Origin: Folioceros fuciformis
Taxonomy: Eukaryota
Reading direction: 5' to 3'
Length of the DNA stretch: 32,277 bases
Assembly (NCBI GenBank): GCA_049999805.1
Contig: JBNGIO010006356.1
Span: 145,139 to 177,415 of the forward strand
Part shown: piece after piece, positions 1 through 11,698 of the stretch
How the letters are laid out: each line of letters begins with the position of its first letter
Position numbering within the stretch: position 1 is the stretch's first letter
Translations under genes and position numbers: made by a program
Notes under the pieces: model-generated
Seen by the model: the letters and a program-made list of their open reading frames with translations, nothing else
Database searches by the model: none
Told to the model about the DNA's origin: nothing

Positions 1-3000
1 ACGAGGGCGACGTCCCACGGGGTCTAGAATGGGAAGACAAAGTGGTGGCAAGTGGAGAAGAGGAGAGCGGGGTGCGTTGCGAGGAGCAAGGGTTGGAGAC
101 TTTGACCTGATCCTTACCAGTGGCAGGCTGGCGTCGAAGGTGTCCGTTGTACTTGCGGGTGAATAGGTCGGCCGAGTGCACTCCCCGAGCGTCGAGTATC
201 TTCGTCGCTCATGGAGATGGGTCGCCAAGCATGCCATCAATCGTTGTGGAAGACAAGGTCACTCCGATGTGCTAACAGGGGTGGCTAATACGGGTTGGGT
301 GGATAGGCAGGCAAGAGCTTGAGCGCGAGACAAAGGAGATACGACAAAACAATGTATTCTGGTTAGAAGATGAGGTCCAAGGCCCCTCTTAATTACCTCA
401 TGAGGGGTTTTATACAAAAATCGAACTTCAGGTCAGAACAACCATCATAAATAACAAGGTCCTAGAATCTACTCTAAGGTCCTGGCAGTCCAATTCTGCC
501 AGGAGCTAGCTAACAACTAACACTATGCCTTAATGAGAAGGTGGCGGGGTGGGAGAGGTGGAATTGGTGGAGGCTGCCACTACAGCGGGTCCTATGGGTG
601 AGGTGGGGCCAAGGGGGAGATTTTTCTCCGTGGATCAAGATAGGCAAATCGGCAGATGCAATCTAGGGCGAGCCGCTTAGGAGCTGAGTATCAGCTTTTG
701 GGCAGGAAAGTCTGCGGGACGGAGCCTCCAAACTGCTGGGTGCAGTATGCACGTTCGAAGGGGGTGTCGGAGTAGTTGTGCCTGTCACAGTATCTGCAGT
801 CTTACTCCGCCACACATCCGGAAGACTTCACTATGGAAGAAGGTATGGCTGTCGTCGAGCTGTTGGATGACGTCCATCACCATCTGACGAAAGTGTTTGC
901 TACTCTAGTCGCCACTTGGCTTTAGGCAAGTTGGCGTGTTGTGCTGATGTGGGTGCAACATACTTCTAGAGCTCCTCTAGGGGCACTGAGGCAACCATGG
1001 TCGATTCTTGTAATCGGAGATTGAAAACAGCCTCCGCCCATGCCCTCAGAAGAGCTACCACTATGTGGTCTACTCACGTTTCATAGTCCGCTAGTTGGGC
1101 TTGTAGTTCCTCCATCTTAGCCCAGAAACTATTGACGACGCGTCCGACCAATACTTTGCGCTCCTCCTCCTACGCATGTTCGTGGCTCTTTATGTCTTCG
1201 AACATGTGCGCGAGTTTCGTCTTCAGGGTCTGGACTTCGTGTTGGGTCTTCTCCTCAGCCTGCACTGCTTGGAGCTTACCTCGCAGGTCCTCCAATTGCC
1301 AGACCGCCTTAGACGACTTGTAGGTGGAGTCCTCCTCCCCCTCTAAAGCCCAGTTCCGCTCCTTCTGATACCAATCCCAGTCCACCGTATGCTACTTGGA
1401 GGCTTTCTGGGCATTTTTTTCCCGCTTCCTCCAGGCTTCTCGCTCCTTCACATGGATAGTCTCCATGGCACCCTATGACCGAGCGTTCTCTACCTGCGCT
1501 TCTTCACGCTGCTTTTCTAGAGCAGCTGTCTACTCTGTGACTTGACCCTTCAATTCCTTGAGCTCCCGCATGCACTTATCGCCCTCCTCCCGGTAATGAC
1601 CGAACTCCTCCCGGAACTCGGCAATGTACCCTACTACCAGCTCTTTAAGGGTGGTTAATTGAATTGCTAACTCAGTCATGCGCTTTCGGAGGTCGATGTT
1701 CTCGCCCTCCCGAGCAACCTACCTGAAGAACCAAGCCAATTCTTTTGCCACAAATGTGACAATCCCTTGGGCTGCCTATGTTGCTCCTTCGACTATGGTA
1801 TTGGAGTAGAACCAGTAATTGGGAGGAAACCGAGCTCTCCCAAAAGATGTCCAGTTAGCCCTCTCCATGGCCTCTGGGTACGTGATCCCTCCTTCGATGA
1901 GGTCTTCCAAGACGATTGACCGTGGTAAGGGCCTTACGGCGGTTGGGCTCCTCCTGGGCAAGCCTGGGTGCCGGAGTTGGGATTACTCCAACCTGTGGTG
2001 GACTGGGAGAGCAAGGACCTCTCCTCTTCTTCTTCCTGTGCGGTGATAGAGGCTGTTTTACCCCCAACAGCCCTATCCTATGTCGTTCGTTGTAGTCCAA
2101 TTGCGTGGCCAGCTAGACCAACTCCATGTGGTCCACTTCTTCCTTGGTCCTGGTACCGGAGCCGCCAGGAAGTCCTCCGACTTCGGGTTGGTAGGAGGTA
2201 GGGCACTCCTTAGCGGGATCTGTCAGCTCGAAGTGGACATCGGCTGAATATTCCACCGCTTGGGGAAGGGGTGCCTATTCCAGTGATGCATTCACCTTCC
2301 ACTTCGGAGGAGCGCAGGTGGGAGAGCTGGGGGCTGAAGTAGGGGCCATGGGTGGTGACTCCGGTCCAGCTCCACGGTTGTCCTTCAAGGTATCTAAGAC
2401 CGGCAGGGCCATTGGCAAAGTAAGGAGTACCTTGGGCTTGGTGGACGACACAACAGTCTTCTTCCTTGGAGCTGGTGTCGAATAGTGATGGAGGACGATG
2501 TTGGCACAAGGGGTAGCCGGGCAACTATGGCCCTCTCCAAATCTGCAAGGACCTTATAATGGCGCCATATATGAAATAAAAAGGGGGAGAGACCTGAGGC
2601 AAGTTGTTTCTCCTATCTAAGCTTCCTAACATCAGACTAAATCCGATATGCCACGACTTTTCCCCAATCCCTTGATGTCCCCTGCGCTAGCTCGTAGAGT
2701 AGCAATAGAACTTCATCCGCTATGTGGTCTGTCTTAGTGACTAGCAGCCAATTTGATGAGGATAGGTGTTGATTCATTAGGGTTCATTAAATGATATGTA
2801 TGTATGTAGACATAATTAGTTTACTCACCCCTTCAGTAGGGTTACGTCGTATAATGAAAGGTCATGTTTGTTCATGATATCTTAAATACAGTTGGCGTTT
2901 CACAAAAAATGTTAATCAATGTAATATTTCTAGATACAAATTAAAGTAATCGTTTTATAGCAATTGGTCAACACCAAACCCCACATTTCACATTTCATTT

Positions 3001-3850
3001 CAATCGGTCACAATTCACAATGAGGCATGCCACTCCTGTGATCCGGAGGTCCTCGATATTGTGAATTAATCACTCATGGGTGATCTTGAAGGAGCCGTCC
3101 ATTAGGAGAGCTGAGAGAACCTCTTTCACCAGCGCCTTATTTCGTTGGGAATTAAGGTATAGTCCTCCACGCTCCTCCATTAGATGCCGATAGACCTCCC
3201 GCATCATGTGGATGGTCTAAAGGGTGGGGTTGTCCTGGACCTTGGAAGACTCTGGTTTGCCCCACACGAGCCATAACATCATAACAAACTCCCTTACTGC
3301 TACTGTGGATTGCATGCCCCAGGCAAACTGGAAAATCCCCAGCTCCCACCCACTGCTCCATCAAGTCTCCTGCCGCTACTATCCATGGTGCAAAATTTGG
3401 GTAGGTCCACATCTGGATTTGATCTGCGTTGATCCGCCAGATGTTGTCTACCTTGAGGAATTGTCTTGGCTCCATGAGGCATACGAGGAAACTCTGAGGG
3501 AGGAGACTAAGGGGGAGGAGTGTGCAATTAGAAGCACGCCAAAGCAGCAACAAGTCAATTTGCCGTCGCTAAAGAGAATCAGATGGTGGTGAGGAGAGCG
3601 AGAAGACAGAGGAGAGTCAAGGTGTTAGAATGAGGCTCAAGCGGGGTGGCAGGAAGGAGAGGGAAGGGTTGGAGTCTAAAGGGAGGCTTACGCTAACTAA
3701 AAAATTTACTCTAGCCGTCGTTGGTACGTCTGCAACAATCCGTGAGCGGTTACGCTCGCTCCTTTGCATGATGACGAGGATGCCAAATCAGAATGGATCG
3801 TGGTCTGTATTAGTCCGCTCACGGAGTGGTCCTCTGGAGCTCTAGCATGC
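1..3850 (-). mobile_element. Degenerate transposon-derived region carrying minus-strand accessory-type ORF remnants; superfamily not determined
   Basis: Minus-strand coding-like segments broken by stops and frameshifts (e.g. 3152-3553, with GIFQFAWGMQSTVAVREFVMMLW in an adjacent frame, and 1074-2075), plus splice-like signals. No RT, integrase or transposase motif and no terminal repeats were identified, so the TE call is inference. Confidence 0.35.
1074..2075 (-). pseudogene. Pseudogenised long ORF: Pro/Arg-rich segment followed by an E/K/Q/R-rich predicted coiled coil
   Basis: ORFs 1776-1961 and 1170-1385 share a frame. Reading through gives ~330 codons without a frameshift (e.g. LRKRMTELAIQLTTLKELVVGYIAEFREEF...LEKQREEAQVEN), with in-frame TAG at 1170, 1392, 1473, 1530, 1719, 1776, 2073 and TAA at 1983. 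Confidence 0.6.
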
Positions 3851-3949
3851 CTTCTACTCAGAAGAACTTGGATTAACCTATTATCTTTTATCGCCTAAAA
3901 AAAAAATCCCGCCCACTCCGATGACAAGTCCAACAGACCACCAGAGTAC

Positions 3950-5300
3950 TGCTTTGATGATTGTTTTTGGAGCTAACAAGATTGGTTGCAAAAAATACAA
4001 CAAAGGTGCAGAACGAGACAATAGTGGATAATCATACCAAGCATATTGAGATAGAAGAGTTTGCCCTAGCAAGGTCCTTGTGGACATGTATGCATTATGA
4101 GTGTTGATGAAAGAGGGTGGTGGCAACATTGTAGTCACATGGAGACAAGTTGAAACTATCTAGGTGGTGCATATGTTTGATAGTTGGCATAGCTGAGTTT
4201 ATGTTCAGGAGATCTTGCAAAGTAAGCAAAATACTTCGATAAAGCATGTGTTTCATAGAAAGAAGGAGTAGTAAAAATTGCATTTATCCCATTATCATTG
4301 TTACACCAAAATATGTAACAATCGTAGCCCATATAGTGTATTTAGTATGTACAATGAGTTTCGAGCTCAAGAAGATAGTGCCATCAAGGCATAAGTTGGG
4401 GGAAGATAATACCAAAGAAAATGCACTAAAGAGTTTGCGAGAAAAGAGGCCATAAAGCAACAAAGGCGAGAAGAATGTTGAGAGTGTGGAGTATCAAGAA
4501 GAAGCAAATTATGTCGGATCAAAGTATGATTTTCAGGAACCATGCTATGGACCAAGAGATCAGTGATGGAATGCCATGAACAAAGAGATCGTAGTTGTGC
4601 AATCACATATTTGGTGACATATGCTTACTAGAGTTGAAATTGATTTTGCAAAGTGGTGTGAAAGTAAGAAAATATGTCAATTAGGCTACTCATTAGTTGT
4701 GGTAGTAGTAGTATGCATGTAGGAGCTTTTGAGTAGCTACTATCTTGATCCACTGGACGACAAAGCAATGAGGCAATTGCCTACAAATGTGAGGCATATA
4801 AGATAGAAGTGAATTCATGAATTCAAATAGAAGCAGATTCAAGGATTTATAATTCTTGAAAGCGTTGAAGGCCAAAGACATCATGTTTGGAGATGGGCAC
4901 CTTTGAGAAGCCATGAAGCAAGAAAGCATGTCATATTTTTCCGTACAAAAACCTTGAAACCAAAGGTGGCAAGACAAAGATTTATAACTATAAGTGGCCC
5001 TTATGGTGTTAGGTATGCTAACTCACTAGGAAGAGTATTGAGCTCATGAGACAACGATCTAGAAGAGCTAAAGTCATGGGAGCCAAAGGTAACAACAAGC
5101 TATATGTTTGGAGCCGCAAATATGGAGACTATTATTGAAAGAACAAGATGAAGACTCTCGAGGTGGTTCATTGATGTCAACATAAAGACATAGCTGTGTA
5201 GTACTTGTGTAGCTTATTAAGGAAGCAAGTGTTGAAAGGACAAGTAAGTCACTAAAGCATTGCAAGCTAGGGCAACCACGACGAAGGAAGAAAAGTTATT
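3950..5300 (+). mobile_element. Highly degenerate Ty1/copia-like gag-pol remnant
   Basis: Fragmentary translations appear in copia order: gag-like TIVDNHTKHIEIEEFA (~4020) and LMKEGGGNIV..QVETI (~4105), protease-region-like FLKALKAKDIMFGDGH (~4855-4900), and pre-integrase-like AKGNNKLYV (~5080-5110). The plus strand is purine-rich with many stops. No LTR or PBS was found. Confidence 0.45.
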
Positions 5301-5319
5301 GAAAGCACAAGTCAAATAT

Positions 5320-5448
5320 GAAGATCAGCCCAAGTCGAGGGAGTGGGATGTGAATAAAGAATGAAGATCGGCCCAATTTGAGGACGTAGGATGTGAGTAA
5401 AGAACGAAGATTGGCCCAAGTTGAGGGAGTGAGATGTAAGTAAAGAAA
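5320..5448. repeat. 43-bp tandem repeat, 3 diverged copies
   Basis: GAAGATCAGCCCAAGTCGAGGGAGTGGGATGTGAATAAAGAAT followed by two imperfect copies. Confidence 0.9.
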
Positions 5449-5687
5449 AAATAGTCGAGCAGAAGTAGTGAATGTTGTGTTCTTGGAATGTCACATTTGT
5501 GATCGCATCAATGAAGAAGAATCCATTCTCTTAGACGATCATTGCAACTAAGGACATAATTTATTTTATCTACAACCAATATAAAGGGAAGTGCAATAAT
5601 AAGAGTAAATTTGTCTAGATTGCACAAAGTTTTGCAAGCCATAAAGCATCAAGCTAATCCTCATTAACGGATAATACAAATAGATTG

Positions 5688-5787
5688 NNNNNNNNNNNNN
5701 NNNNNNNNNNNNNNNNNNNNNNNNNNNNNNNNNNNNNNNNNNNNNNNNNNNNNNNNNNNNNNNNNNNNNNNNNNNNNNNNNNNNNNN
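5688..5787. other. Assembly gap (100 N)
   Basis: Run of exactly 100 N, typical of an unsized scaffold gap. Confidence 0.99.
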
Positions 5788-6085
5788 ATGGGGCGATAAT
5801 AATAAAATGCAATAATAAATGTGTGCATAATATGGTGTAGTATGAATAAAAAAAAATCATTAGCAAATAAACCATGCATGAATTCAACACATCGCAAGGT
5901 AGCACAACAAGTTTCAAGCACGCTGCGCTCGCTAAGATGAATGATCGTGCAATGTCAAGTACGCGCATGCAAAAAGAAATTTAAGCTAATATATGATAAG
6001 TGATAAATAATATATTATTTAGGTTTGATAATGATTTAAAAATAAAACATAAACTTAATAGATAGTCACAAAACTAGGTATCTGC

Positions 6086-6141
6086 ATCCTCCAATAATAG
6101 GCATACAAGCTCAATCCTCCAATAATAGGCATACAAGCTCA
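6086..6141. repeat. Perfect 28-bp tandem duplication
   Basis: ATCCTCCAATAATAGGCATACAAGCTCA at 6086-6113 and 6114-6141. Confidence 0.95.
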
Positions 6142-6149
6142 TCTTAACG

Positions 6150-6930
6150 CCGCTCAGCTTAACGACATCCACTTGTAGCTACTTAGCTCAATGGTATCCA
6201 CTTGTAGGTGCTTAGCTCAATAGTATCCAGCTGTAGTTGTATTACAATTGACAACCACTTGTACCTACTTAGCTTAATGGTATCCACTTGTAGGTGCTTA
6301 GCTTTATAGTATCCACCTGTAGTTGTATTACAATCGACAACCACTTACAGCCCCTCAACTCAACAGCATCCACTTGTAGTTGTGATATAATCAACAATAT
6401 CCACTAGTAGCCGCTCAGCTCAACAGTATCCATAGGTAGTTGTATTACAATTAATAGTATCCACTTGTAGTTGCTCAGCTTAACGGTATCCACTTGTAGT
6501 TGTATTACAATCAACAATATCCACTTGTAGTTATATTACAATCAACAGTATCTACTTGTAGCTAGTTAGCTCAATGCTATCCACTTTTAGTTATATTACA
6601 ATCAGTATCCACTTGTAGCTAGTTAGCTCAATGCTATCCACTTGTAGCTATTTAGCTCAATGCTATCCTCTTGCAATTGCTTAGCTCAACGGTATACACT
6701 TGTAGCTGCTTAGCTCAATGTTAGCTCAAAGGTATACACTTGTAGCTCCTCAGCTCAATGCTATCCACTTGCAGCTGTTTAGCTCAACGATATCCACTTG
6801 TAGCTGCTTAACTCAATGCTATCCTCTTGTACCTGCTTACCTCAACGGTATACACTTGTAGCTGCTCAGCTCAATGCTATCCACTTGTAGCTGCTTAGCT
6901 CAATGCTATCCACTTGTAGCTATATTACAA
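6150..6930. repeat. Minisatellite of ~26 units built from two related monomers (29 bp and 31 bp)
   Basis: Unit A is TATCCACTTGTAGCTGCTTAGCTCAATGC (29 bp) and unit B is TATCCACTTGTAGTTGTATTACAATCAACAG (31 bp); they share the core TATCCACTTGTAG. Confidence 0.95.
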
Positions 6931-7651
6931 GCTTGCATTCTCTTCGAAATCTATTTGACGTCCATCCACTTGGAGCTTGTATTATGAGATCTAGGTGTAC
7001 AAGATCACATTGCCTGATTTTGGATTTAGGAACTTAGGCTATAACTCTAAGAAGTGTGGATGCATCTAGATTTTGATGAGGTGATGAAAGAAAGCAAACG
7101 CTGCAATCATTTAAATGACATTTAAATGAGGTTACAACATTGTAATGTGCAAGCTGTGGCATAGTGTGAAAAATAAATTAATCCTTGACTAATGAACCAT
7201 GTATAAATACAGCAAATTATGGCACAACATAATACAACTTTAATCTTTCCACACCTACTTAGATGGTGCAGTACTTATGAACCATTGCCATGACACATCC
7301 TCCTACTACTAACTCCAAGGGTAGAGTATTTATGATAACTCCGAAGGGGTGGGTGCACTTGCTCATATATGGATTCTTGTGTTCCAAAAGTCCAACAACC
7401 TTTACATGTGATTGGGTTTATACTTAAAAATGTACTTATAATTTCTAAAATTATAAATATTGTTCTAAAGATAATGGGCACACTAATGCCTTGTTCTTCG
7501 GTTAAGACACCCTTGTAAAGCACTCCGGTGGCTCATCTCCAGAACTAAGACAAAATGAAAATACATCGTGTGGTCACACCATGTATATACACAAAGGCGT
7601 GCTTTGGTCATGGGCAACGTGTGACTTGGGCGCGCCGTGCAGACGGGTCTG

Positions 7652-9897
7652 TCATTTTCCCCAAGCTAAAACATCTGTTGCGCTAGGCCGGCTCTCGGGA
7701 TCGGAGCTCAACAAAGACTTGACAAGCGCAGCAAGCGCGGGAGACCTGGTAACGGGTATCTCCAGGTGGCCCTCTCGGGCAGGCCCAGAACGTGGAAGCC
7801 TGCTACTGGTCACCCATTCATATACCATTGCACCAAAGCTATACATGTCAGATGCTGTGCTCGGTTCCTGTTCCCTGAGAAGCTCTGGCGCTAAGTAAGC
7901 TCCGTCGCCTTCCTCCCACTCCCACAGTCTCCGAGGGACCGCAAGTCCGAAATCTCCGATCTTAAGCACTTCTGCAAAAAGACGAGCAAATCCTGAATAC
8001 ACCGATCAAGTAATAGATCGACGTGGCCTTCCGAGAAATGAAGGATAACCTCTCAAAATTCTTACCATCATTGTCAACAAATATATTGTCTGGCTTTATG
8101 TCAAGATGCAATAGACCATTCGAGTGGATGTGATGTAGACCGGACGCTACCTGGGTAATAAAGCCCCATATCTGTATTCCAAAAAAGCCTGAGCTCGCAT
8201 CCCAAAATATGAAATCCGACACAAACGAAACCTGTGTACACGACGGCAACATCTATACCTGGGACTCCGAGAGAGGTTGGTCCAATGAATCTACGTATGT
8301 CCTCAAGTTGCCCCCTTCACACAACTCCATTTGCACGTAGAAGTGTGAATGCTGTTGCCAGCCCCGGAAGTACTTAACCACGTTCGGATGCTCAGTCAAG
8401 TCAGCCACACTCTGAATCTCTCTCAAGTACCGCTCCCTGTCTTCTCGGTTGCGAAACTGACGCTTGCTCATCTTGACAGCACAAAGCGAGCCACCCCTTC
8501 TGTCCCTTGCTTCATAGACCTGTGGAGAAGCAACACCACAGTAGAGTAAGAGTTAGACTTGTACGACAGTCACGAGCTCAACATGACATGTCATTGCAGC
8601 TGTCTGAGTTAAGCAGGCAATCATGGCGTACTTACAGTGCTGAAGGAGCCTCGTCCAATTTCTCTGATGAACTCGAAGTGTTTGTCGAACATGAAAATGC
8701 TAGCACTTCTTTTCAAGTGCGTAGTCATTAGCAACTTCGTTTCTTTCAGACTGCTTTGCCTCGAGAGATCCTTGGTTCGGCTGTAGCAGAGAGAAACCCG
8801 TTTAGAATGACTGTGGGCAGACGCCCTCACAGACTGAGAGCCCAAACAAGCATCAAAGGACTTTTAAAACCCTACGCTCCTGTGTTCATGAGCCACGCCT
8901 ACCAACGCAGGCTCTTTTTTGTCTGCAACAATCTACTTAGTCTTAATGGTCAGCTAAATTGAAACCTTAGATAAGGGGCATCAGGACACTCTAGAATGTG
9001 AGGCCTGGATGTGGAGCAGGGCGTGGATGGTGACTCGGGCTCGTCGATGTCTTCTCCTTTGATACTACCAACCGATATCTCTACTTTGCCCTGAACTTCA
9101 GCCTCACCATCATCATCACCTCTACCAATGCTGTCACTCGCACTGACACATCTACTCTCAGCCTGCACTGCACACCAAAGTCAGCTACTAAAAAATTCAA
9201 GAGAGGGCGACGAAAAGAAAACGCTTCAGTGCACACTCACCTTACGCGCGTGTTTCCGCCAGCCCGAGACACCGGATTCTTCTGACATAAGGGGCTTCCT
9301 CTGAGTCGAAATTGGGGGAAGTACAGCAGCCCTCAATGGCAACTGAAGGTTGTCTGTCGGCGAGGTCCTGCTAACACTTGCATGGCTTGCATGAGAAGAA
9401 GCATCATGCAGCTGAGGATCCAATCTCACTCCACTACCAACTTCGAACCTGCTGTTCCCGGATGGAATGGGAGATAGGTAATCCAAAGAGGGGCCTGGAA
9501 AATCCAGACAGCAAAACCCCCAGGTCAGACATTGACACGCTGCACCGGTGGATTGCGTCAAGCTCAAATAACAGACACGCTCTTCCACCAATGTCCTATC
9601 AGCGAGGGTCTTACCATCAAAAATGCTGACAGGAGAGTTTTCAAACACCAGGGAACAAGCTTGCCCTGGGGATCTCATCACCATTGCAGCAGCAGCTTGG
9701 GTTATCCCGACCACCAGGGACATGGGGCTGCAAGTGCTGGATACGTCTGCAGATTCCCCGCAATCTGCAGCATCAACCCGGCTCAGAGCTGGGGACGCAT
9801 CTGCGAAGTCTCGAACGGGCTGGGCAGCCGAAGACTGTGAAGCTGCTCTCCTACTGAGAACAAACTGAACTGACGTGCTCAACGACTCTCCCACCAT
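7652..9897 (-). CDS. WEE1: Wee1/Myt1-family CDK-inhibitory protein kinase, ~560 aa. Proposed exons: 9897-9241, 9162-8966, 8780-8636, 8519-8259, 8171-8066, 7971-7652; N-terminal exon structure and start codon uncertain
   Basis: Phase-consistent GT-AG splicing joins IGRGSFSTVY, AVKMSKRQFRNREDRERYLRE, HPNVVKYFRGWQQ..FYVQMELCEGG, HLDIKPDNIF, LKIGDFGLA, EEGDGAYLAPE and DMYSFG. The EGDxxY activation segment is diagnostic of the Wee1 family. The N-terminus is SP/TP-rich. Confidence 0.85.
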
Positions 9898-11042
9898 TGC
9901 TGCACACGAATAGAAAAGGGGTAAAAACGAGTCATTGAGCGAGGACGACTCCCACATGCCTGCTACCAGTTTCTAAATGCGCCGCGGAAAACTATGGCCC
10001 AGACCGAAACTCAAAACGTCGAGTCTGCTGACACACTGCACCCTAGGGTCCAGTTTGATGGCACCAGACGCCGCAGCACCTAAAGGCTGAAAGCCGCTGC
10101 AGAAAAGAAAAGACAAAAAAAAATCCAGAAGGGCCCGCCGGGCGGGTGAGAGGCGCTTACAGACTAGATCTTGAAACACAAAGTCGAGGGTCCACGTGAG
10201 AACAAAAATGTGCTGCTCAATCGCATGTGGGTTCCCATGGAATGACGAAGAACCTCATGTTGAACAGGACGAGGCAGCGTCCGGGTTTCAAGACAGGTGC
10301 TCACGCAAAGTCATGCAGACCAGGTGCAACCTGGGATTAAGGAAACCGTCTGGACAGAACACCGTAGGTCGGTCTTCAAGATAGGAGCGCCTAGCATCAG
10401 CAGCTTTCAACCGATGAGGACAGGAACACCTTCGCTCGGCAACCAGGAGGACCAGGAAAACGGTGGCGATGGTTCGGCAGAAGGCAGCCTGCACTGGCCG
10501 CGGCCGTCAAGACAGAAGACTGGGCGGGAAGCAAACTCGATGTGGCTTCCAGCGAAGTAAACGCGTGTTTTACTCACTTGCGGTTTTGGTCTGGATCGCC
10601 GAACTTTCGTAGCTGTCTTAAAGCGCACTTCTCCTGTCGATTTATCTAAAGGTGAAGTCCATTGTATGGAGTTTCATAATTCAAAATTAATGCAGCAAAA
10701 TAATAATATATTTAAATTTAACTTAAATTTCATAATAAAAATTATATTAATTTTATCTGAAAAAAATTCTTATTATTAACAAAGAGATGGAAAGTGTCAT
10801 TACTTCAAAGATTGGAAGATTTTAACTAAAAGACTATAGTTTAAAGAAAATCAATAGGATTGAATTTTTGAATTTATGTGAGTCTTTCACCCAATAATTT
10901 GAAGAGAATGAAAGGGGCATATCCCAGAATTCCATCCACGGTGCTTGGTTTTTGCTTGCCTTACCTCAAACTCAAACTCATACTCAAATATGATATGCAT
11001 GACATGAAGCAGTGTGCATATGAACTCCTCCGTCCTAAGTTG

Positions 11043-11131
11043 AAAGGTATCTAACATTCTGGCACTTTCTACCGAAGCTCAAAGGTATCTAACATTCTAG
11101 CACTTTCTATCTTGAATTTGGGCACTTTCTA
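11043..11131. repeat. Short 38-bp-period direct repeat
   Basis: AAAGGTATCTAACATTCT(G/A)GCACTTTCTA at 11043 and 11081, with a partial third copy GGCACTTTCTA at 11121. Confidence 0.8.
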
Positions 11132-11501
11132 ACTCAAGATGCGCCTGCTAGCAAAAACTCTAAACTGCGGGGCATCCACAACTCAAGGGCCTTTCACAAT
11201 CGCAATTCAAAGTACTGTGCCGTTTCTTGGAAAGAAAAGAAAAGCTCTAAAAAAGGCTTTCTTTCCATCAAAGAAAGAAGCAAATTGCGCACACGGTGAG
11301 TTTGTAGTATTCTATATTTGGTCCAAAAACGGTCCAGGGACTTGCTCTGTTTCCATTGTATATCCCCCGCACGTCCGCCTCTCGCGATTATGAAGACTCT
11401 TCTAGCCTTCACAGCAAAATTTCTAGCTTCCACCACAAGTACTCAAGCCTCTTCTTAGCCTCAGCCACATACTCCGCCTCCTCGCCAATCAACACTTCAT
11501 C

Positions 11502-11601
11502 NNNNNNNNNNNNNNNNNNNNNNNNNNNNNNNNNNNNNNNNNNNNNNNNNNNNNNNNNNNNNNNNNNNNNNNNNNNNNNNNNNNNNNNNNNNNNNNNNNN
11601 N
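11502..11601. other. Assembly gap (100 N)
   Basis: Run of 100 N. Confidence 0.99.
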
Positions 11602-11698
11602 GGATGGAGAAGCCTTTGAAGACCAAGACGATGATCTCCTTGCAGGCTGAGAGGAGCAACATGCTACAGCCAAATCAAAGCATGATAGCAACCTCATG

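Noticed and set aside
966..3845. Possible TIR pair CTAGAGCTCC (966-975) / GGAGCTCTAG (3836-3845)
   Set aside because: Only a 10-bp match, no convincing TSD, and coding-like sequence continues past the left copy.
6150..6930. CRISPR-like appearance (constant core, variable tail, partial palindrome)
   Set aside because: The tails are only two recurring types rather than unique spacers, the period is too short, there are no cas genes and the context is eukaryotic.
10521..10532. E2F-like site GGCGGGAA upstream of the kinase
   Set aside because: Partial consensus match and unknown TSS; expected by chance in GC-rich sequence.
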